From: Octopus vulgaris
Taxonomy: Eukaryota
DNA length: 64,000 nt
Direction: 5' to 3'
NCBI GenBank assembly: GCA_951406725.2
Contig: OX597821.1
Location: 97,898,001 to 97,962,000, forward strand
How positions within the stretch are numbered: position 1 is the first letter of the stretch; every line of letters begins with the position of its first letter. A program made the position numbers and the translations under genes. The notes beneath the pieces were generated by a model. The model saw only the letters and a program-made list of their open reading frames with translations, was not told the origin of the DNA and ran no database searches. Positions 58,094 to 64,000 of this stretch are shown piece by piece.

Positions 58094-58870
58094 TGTGTTA
58101 CACACAAGAGCTGAGAGATACAGTTGTCATAACAGTCAAGAAAGAACATAGAAATCAGATAATAATACAAAAAAGTCTCCAACATGTACTTACATATCCA
58201 ATAGTACTTGATGATCAGACTGCCTTTCTTTCTTCCTTTGACAATTTGTCTTCTTTTGTTATTGTTGTTGTTTTACCTTCTTCAGTGTATTTTTTTTCCA
58301 ATTTTTCCTACCCTGTTAGTTTTCTTTGGTTTTTCTTTTTCTTTTTTCTTTCTTCCAATATATTCCAAATTCAAAGGTAAAATTAAAGTAAAATAAAGAT
58401 ATTTTGTTGCCGAGAGGTTTTCAACGTAGAATATGTATAGAATGACCCAAATGAAATTTGCAGCAGTTTTTTCTTTCCTTTTTAACTCTTCTCTATTGCC
58501 CCACCATTTTCTGTTCGGGTTTGAATACTATTGTGGTCCATTTCTCAAGATTTTAGGTATTCATTAACCAGCACCCCTAACCTGTTCATAATTCTTCGTC
58601 AATACTGGTTTTATAATCAAAACGAAATAGAAATTAAACAAATTTGCAACCAAGATTGACTCGTTAACCGCTCCAAGTTCCAGGTGAGGTTCAAATATTA
58701 AGGAAGTTTTGGTTCAGCAGTTTTATACATCCAACTTTCCAACAACCTGCTGTAGATGGAGGGGATGCTGGTAGGGGCTTTCTTGTTTGTTTTGTTTGAA
58801 TATTAATGCACTTCTATTGATATCTGTATATCTGTCAGTCAATCAATTTATATAATCTCTCAGTGTATGT

Positions 58871-58940
<70 letters not shown>

Positions 58941-59053
58941 ATATATACGTGAGGAAAGCTTGTATTTACAGATCTGCTATATACAACACATATGTGTATA
59001 CGGTGCTAATATATTAATGTATATATTATTATTGTACAGATATGGGCTGTTTA

Positions 59054-59144
<91 letters not shown>

Positions 59145-59294
59145 GCACAGAGAGAGAGAGAGATGTAGTTTGTACAGTGTATATAATTAGTAAAGGATAT
59201 ATAGGCTAAATTATATTTAGACCTGGACAGTATAGATTGATCTATATACAATATATGTATGTATGTATGTATATGTATATATATATATATATAT

Positions 59295-59328
<34 letters not shown>

Positions 59329-59574
59329 AAGGAGGTATGAAGTGCTTTTATAATGGTAGTTTATATATTATTATACAGGTATCTAGGCTATATAATGTAT
59401 ACAGACCTAATCAGTATATCAAGATCTAAATAGTGCTTGATTATCTATCGAAACATGTGTTTTTTTCCTTCTTCCAGCCATTTCCACTGCTGCAGTATAT
59501 ATACACTCACTCTCTCTCCTCTTGCCTCTTGTTCTCTTCTGCTATCCAGCATCCTCAAGTGATTGATGGCACTA

Positions 59575-60280
59575 AGAAAGTAGCAGTGGTAGTAGCTGTG
59601 CCAGTTGTAGTAGCAGCTGTAGTTGCAGCAGTAGTGACAGTATGGATAGCAGTGGTTGTAAATTGCATAGTAGTGGTGATGGTGCTGGTGGTGGTGGTGG
59701 TGGTGGTGGCGGTGGTGGTGGTGGTGGGGGTTGTTGTCGTCATCATTATTGTTATACTTGTAGCAGTGGTGGTGATAGTGTTGGTAGCAGTGCTTATAGT
59801 TGAGGTGATTGTGATGATGATGATGATGGTGATGGTGATGGTGATGGTGGCAGTAGTTATAGCAGAGGCGACTGTGAAGGTAGTTGTGATGGTGGTTACA
59901 CTATCATTTATAGTAAAGGTGAGTGTAGGAGTAGCAGTGGTAGTGATGGTTATAGTTGTAGTAGTAATTGTGGAGGTGGTAGTAGTAGCTATAGTTGTGA
60001 TGATTGGGGAGCTGGTGGGGGCGTAGTAGTTATAATTGTTATAGTAGTGTTGGTTATAGAGGTGAGATTGGTAGTAATAGTGATTGTAATATAGGTGACT
60101 GTGGAGATGGTGGTGGTGGTGGTGGTGGTGGTGGTGGTGGTGGTGATAGTGCTGTTTATAGTAGTAGTGGTGGTGATGGTGGTAGTTATAGTAGTATCAA
60201 TAGCTGTGGGGATAGCGGTAGTGGCAATTGTGACGGTGGTAGTAGTAGTTATAGTAGTGGTGGTGGTGGTGGTGGTGGTA
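59575..60280. repeat. (GTG/GTA)n low-complexity tract
   Basis: Direct inspection. Confidence 0.9.
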
Positions 60281-60606
60281 TCAACAGGAGCCAAACAATA
60301 AAATAAAAGGATTTGGCTGTTAAATGATCACAGATCAAAATTGAGAAGGAAAGGAAAGATTTGAGGCATATGAAGGAGGAGAAAGAGAAGGGGTTTGGGG
60401 TTGTAGCGTGAATGGTAGAGGGGAAAACAAAGAAGGAAAAGATGAAGAAAAAATACATCAAGAAACTATATGTGTCTGTGTGTGTGTACATATATATATA
60501 TATACATATATACATATATATATATATACATGTATATATATAAATATACACATATATAGATACATACATATAGATATATATGTATGTATATATATATAGA
60601 TAGATA

Positions 60607-60658
<52 letters not shown>

Positions 60659-60738
60659 CACACACATACATATATACATATATATTCACATACATATACA
60701 TATATATATACATACATTTATATATATATATATAAATA

Positions 60739-60775
<37 letters not shown>

Positions 60776-60856
60776 ATGTATGTGAATAAATATGTATATA
60801 TGTGCAAATATATGTATGTGTATATAATTGTATATATGTATATATGCATATATGTA

Positions 60857-60907
<51 letters not shown>

Positions 60908-60923
60908 ATGTTTATATATATAT

Positions 60924-61020
<97 letters not shown>

Positions 61021-61284
61021 TACGTATATATCTATATATTAATATATATATATATATATATATATACACCCACACACATGTATATGTATATGTATATATA
61101 TATATGTATGTATATATACATGTTAAATATGTATCATATTACTGAAAATAGAATGTATACACAATATTTAGTGTATGCATAATATTACTTATATAACATT
61201 TTGAATATATAATGTGTGAATGAGAGTGTGTACAACTATCGTTATTATCACTATTATTGTAATTCTCATCATTACAGCCGTCAT

Positions 61285-62600
61285 CATCATCATCAGTTTA
61301 TTTATGCTGTCATGTCCAAGATAGGTTTACCATATAACATAACACCCTGTTAGACCCAGTGTCTTGAGTTCTGACCTCCTTACTTCTTCACAAACCTTCT
61401 TCAGTCGTTTACTTTTTGCACATACCTTCTGCCATCAGTATACACCGCTTTCTCACTCAGCACTCATTGTCCAACCACATCACATCTCTCAATACTGTTA
61501 CAGTTATCTCTTCTCTACACTTCATTTGATGTCTTTAATACTGAACCACTCTCTCTCTCACTCTCTCTCTCTCTCTCTCTCAGACACACACATGCACACA
61601 CAACAGATTTATGCTCACTTCATTTTTCTCCATGCTCCAACATCTCATATATTAAACACCCCATATCTCACTACCATATAGCATCACAATTCTTTCACAT
61701 ATTTCATGCGTTCTGATTTTTGAATGGAAAGAGAAACCATTTGTTATTTATGGAGATTACAGTTCCTTAAACTTTTTCCATCTTTTCCTTATTCTATGCA
61801 CTTTATTATTAGGCGTAGTGGTATGTATTAGGTACACTGGACTATCTACTAGGGTGCTAAAACCTGGTGGTACCGCACAGGTTCTCAACAAATCTCTTAC
61901 TCCAACTAAAAATATAAAAACTTAATAGCAAAGAGAGCAAGTGAGGACACTTCCTGGAACAGAGGATTGAAGACCATTGGGAAGCAGGCACATGATTTGA
62001 TATGAAATATTTCAATTTGTTTTCACAGAACTGATTTATTCAATAATACATATGATCATAAAACTATACAATTCTTGTTCCCAAGTTGATGTTTTTTACT
62101 GTATTTTTCACCTGATGTAATGAAGGTGATGGGTGGAGAACATTGGAAATTAGGTAAAACACTATAGGTCTAGTTTGGAACACTAAATACCCTGGCTGCT
62201 ATACTCTAACTACAACAAACTCTAACATTTATTTTTTTACTTATGTAACAGATTCCATTCCTTAATCAGCATACTATACCTATTTCTTTATTACCCACAA
62301 GGGGCTAAACACAGTGGGGACAAACAAGGACAGACATAGGTATTAAGTCGATTACATCGACACCAGTGCATAACTGGTACTTAATTTATCGACCCCGAAA
62401 GGATGAAAGGCAAAGTCGACCTCAGTGGAATTTGAACTCACAACGTAACAGCAGACGAAATACCATTAAGCATTTCGCCCGGCGTGCTAACGTTTCTGCT
62501 AGCTCGCCGCCTTTCCTCAGCATACTATACCATCCCAGTGACAACCTCCACTACTAACTAGATCACATAGGTAACAGTTAAATAACCTCCTTCCTTTCAA
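61285..62600 (-). mobile_element. Old RTE LINE relic, interrupted by later insertions
   Basis: CYLCDLVSSGGC (~62540-62576), RIRKRWKKFKEL..ITNGFS..RIVMLYGSEIW (~61660-61800). Confidence 0.7.
62281..62513 (-). mobile_element. Young SINE family B, full length
   Basis: 15-bp TSD tcagcatactatacc at 62266-62280 and 62517-62531. Confidence 0.9.
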
Positions 62601-62744
62601 TATTTTAGTTACTATTGAATATCACTACCCAACCTCTAACAATAATTAGATGTCCAAGATAATAGAGACTTTCAATATGGCTAATAAATCAACAATAATT
62701 TATAAAGCTTGTTTCATAGATAATATCTTTCCAGTAAATTTATC

Positions 62745-64000
62745 GCATCAAAAACCTCACTGTATTTACTGCTATCTTCTCAAGTTGTGCTATCCCATTT
62801 GAAGCATTAGTCTTCTGTAGATACTATCAAAAATTCCACTGTACCCACACATATGTACCCACATAAATCTATCCCAAATGAAGCCCTAATCTGAAGTTCT
62901 GGTTCTCTTCCCATCTAACAGAGATGTCATGGCATATATTACTCTCTCCTATAGATCAATCACATTTGAGACTCTGCTCCTCTCTCAGTCTGCCAGAGAT
63001 AGCACTGTGTCTACCTATATCTTCTCCAATAAATCTATCACATCTGAAGCTGTAGTACTCTGATAGTTTGCCAAAGATTCCACTGCATCTAGTGTTGTCT
63101 ACTCCAACAAATCTATCACATCTCAAACCCTGTTACTCTGTCACTCAGCCAGAATTTCCACTGTACTCTCTGCTATTTTCTTGAAGAAATTTATCACATC
63201 TGAAGTTCTGGTTCTCTGGTAGTCTACCAGTGACTCCACTGTTATCTTGTATATGTAACACCTTTGACACCCTGGTTCTCTGTGAGTCTGCCTGTCATTC
63301 TACTCTGCCTATGCTATCTTATACTATATCTATTATATCTAAAGCTCTGGTCTTCTATGTGTCAGAAACTGCACTGTATCTTCTGCTATCTTCTCCAACA
63401 AATCTATTACATCTGAAGGCAGAGCATACTATTAGCTTTCCAAAGACTCTACTGTATCTGCTGCTGTCTTCTCTGATAAATCTATGCCATTTGAAGCACA
63501 AGTTCTCTGTCAGTTGGCTAAAGACTTCACTGTATCCACTGCTATTTTCTCCAAGAAATCTATCACATCAAAATTCTTGATACTCTGAAAGTCTGCCAGA
63601 GATTCCTCTGTACCTGCTGCTATTTTCTCCAATAAATCTCCATTGTATCCATTGCTGTCTTCTCCCATATCTATCACATCTGTGCCCTGGGTCTTAATCA
63701 ACTTAGAACTTCTATTGGGTCTACTGCTGTCTTTTCAAATAAAGATGATCCTCTGTAGAGTCTACCAGGGATTCTACAGTAACATTTATATGTCCTCTTA
63801 TGCAACTATCATATCTGAAGTCTTAAGTGTCTGTCTGTCAGAGACACTACTACACCTATTGTTATATTCATCCATATCTAATACACTTAAAGCTCTGGTA
63901 CTTTGACTTCTGCCAGAGATTCCACCTTATCTGCTGCTATCTTCTCCAAAAAATCTATCATGTTTAATGCCCTTGTCCTCTGACAGGGTGACAGAAATTC
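62745..64000 (-). repeat. Diverged 78-bp minisatellite (~16 units, runs off window)
   Basis: aaatctatcacatc recurs at 63031, 63109, 63187 (period 78). Confidence 0.9.

Noticed and set aside
59433-60306. Val-rich membrane-like and Gly/Ser- or Thr-rich ORFs (also 13847-14365)
   Set aside because: Degenerate trinucleotide low-complexity DNA open in several frames; no splice or domain support.
63510-63701. Repeat protein DVIDFLEKIA...
   Set aside because: That frame has frequent stops; another frame explains the unit as RTE-derived.

Overview
AT-rich, microsatellite-saturated eukaryotic DNA. The repeat repertoire (tRNA-derived SINEs, RTE, R4/Dong, CR1 and CRE LINE relics, a Gypsy LTR element, a Helitron PIF1 relic) most resembles an octopus/cephalopod intron or intergenic region; this is recognition, not a search result. 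No intact host protein-coding gene is visible, only one or two speculative small exons. Almost all ORFs in the track are microsatellite or repeat artefacts. Most interesting signals: (1) at least 6-7 hammerhead-ribozyme-shaped motifs of the Penelope/retrozyme type in short islands within (TA)n tracts, two with intact cores and several with variant cores; (2) a C4HC3 PHD-type finger inside the RT of an RTE LINE, and a 78-bp minisatellite amplified from the same finger segment of an older RTE copy; (3) a covarying two-hairpin 3'-end motif GGTGCY..CATGGCC-stem-loop-RAAACA shared by three otherwise different repeat families; (4) an unclassified ~555-bp non-coding element inserted four times into (TAA)n; (5) a 167-bp templated copy of a nearby CRE relic inside one LTR; (6) several foldback structures that could form dsRNA. 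Coordinates were read by eye and boundaries of decayed elements are approximate.
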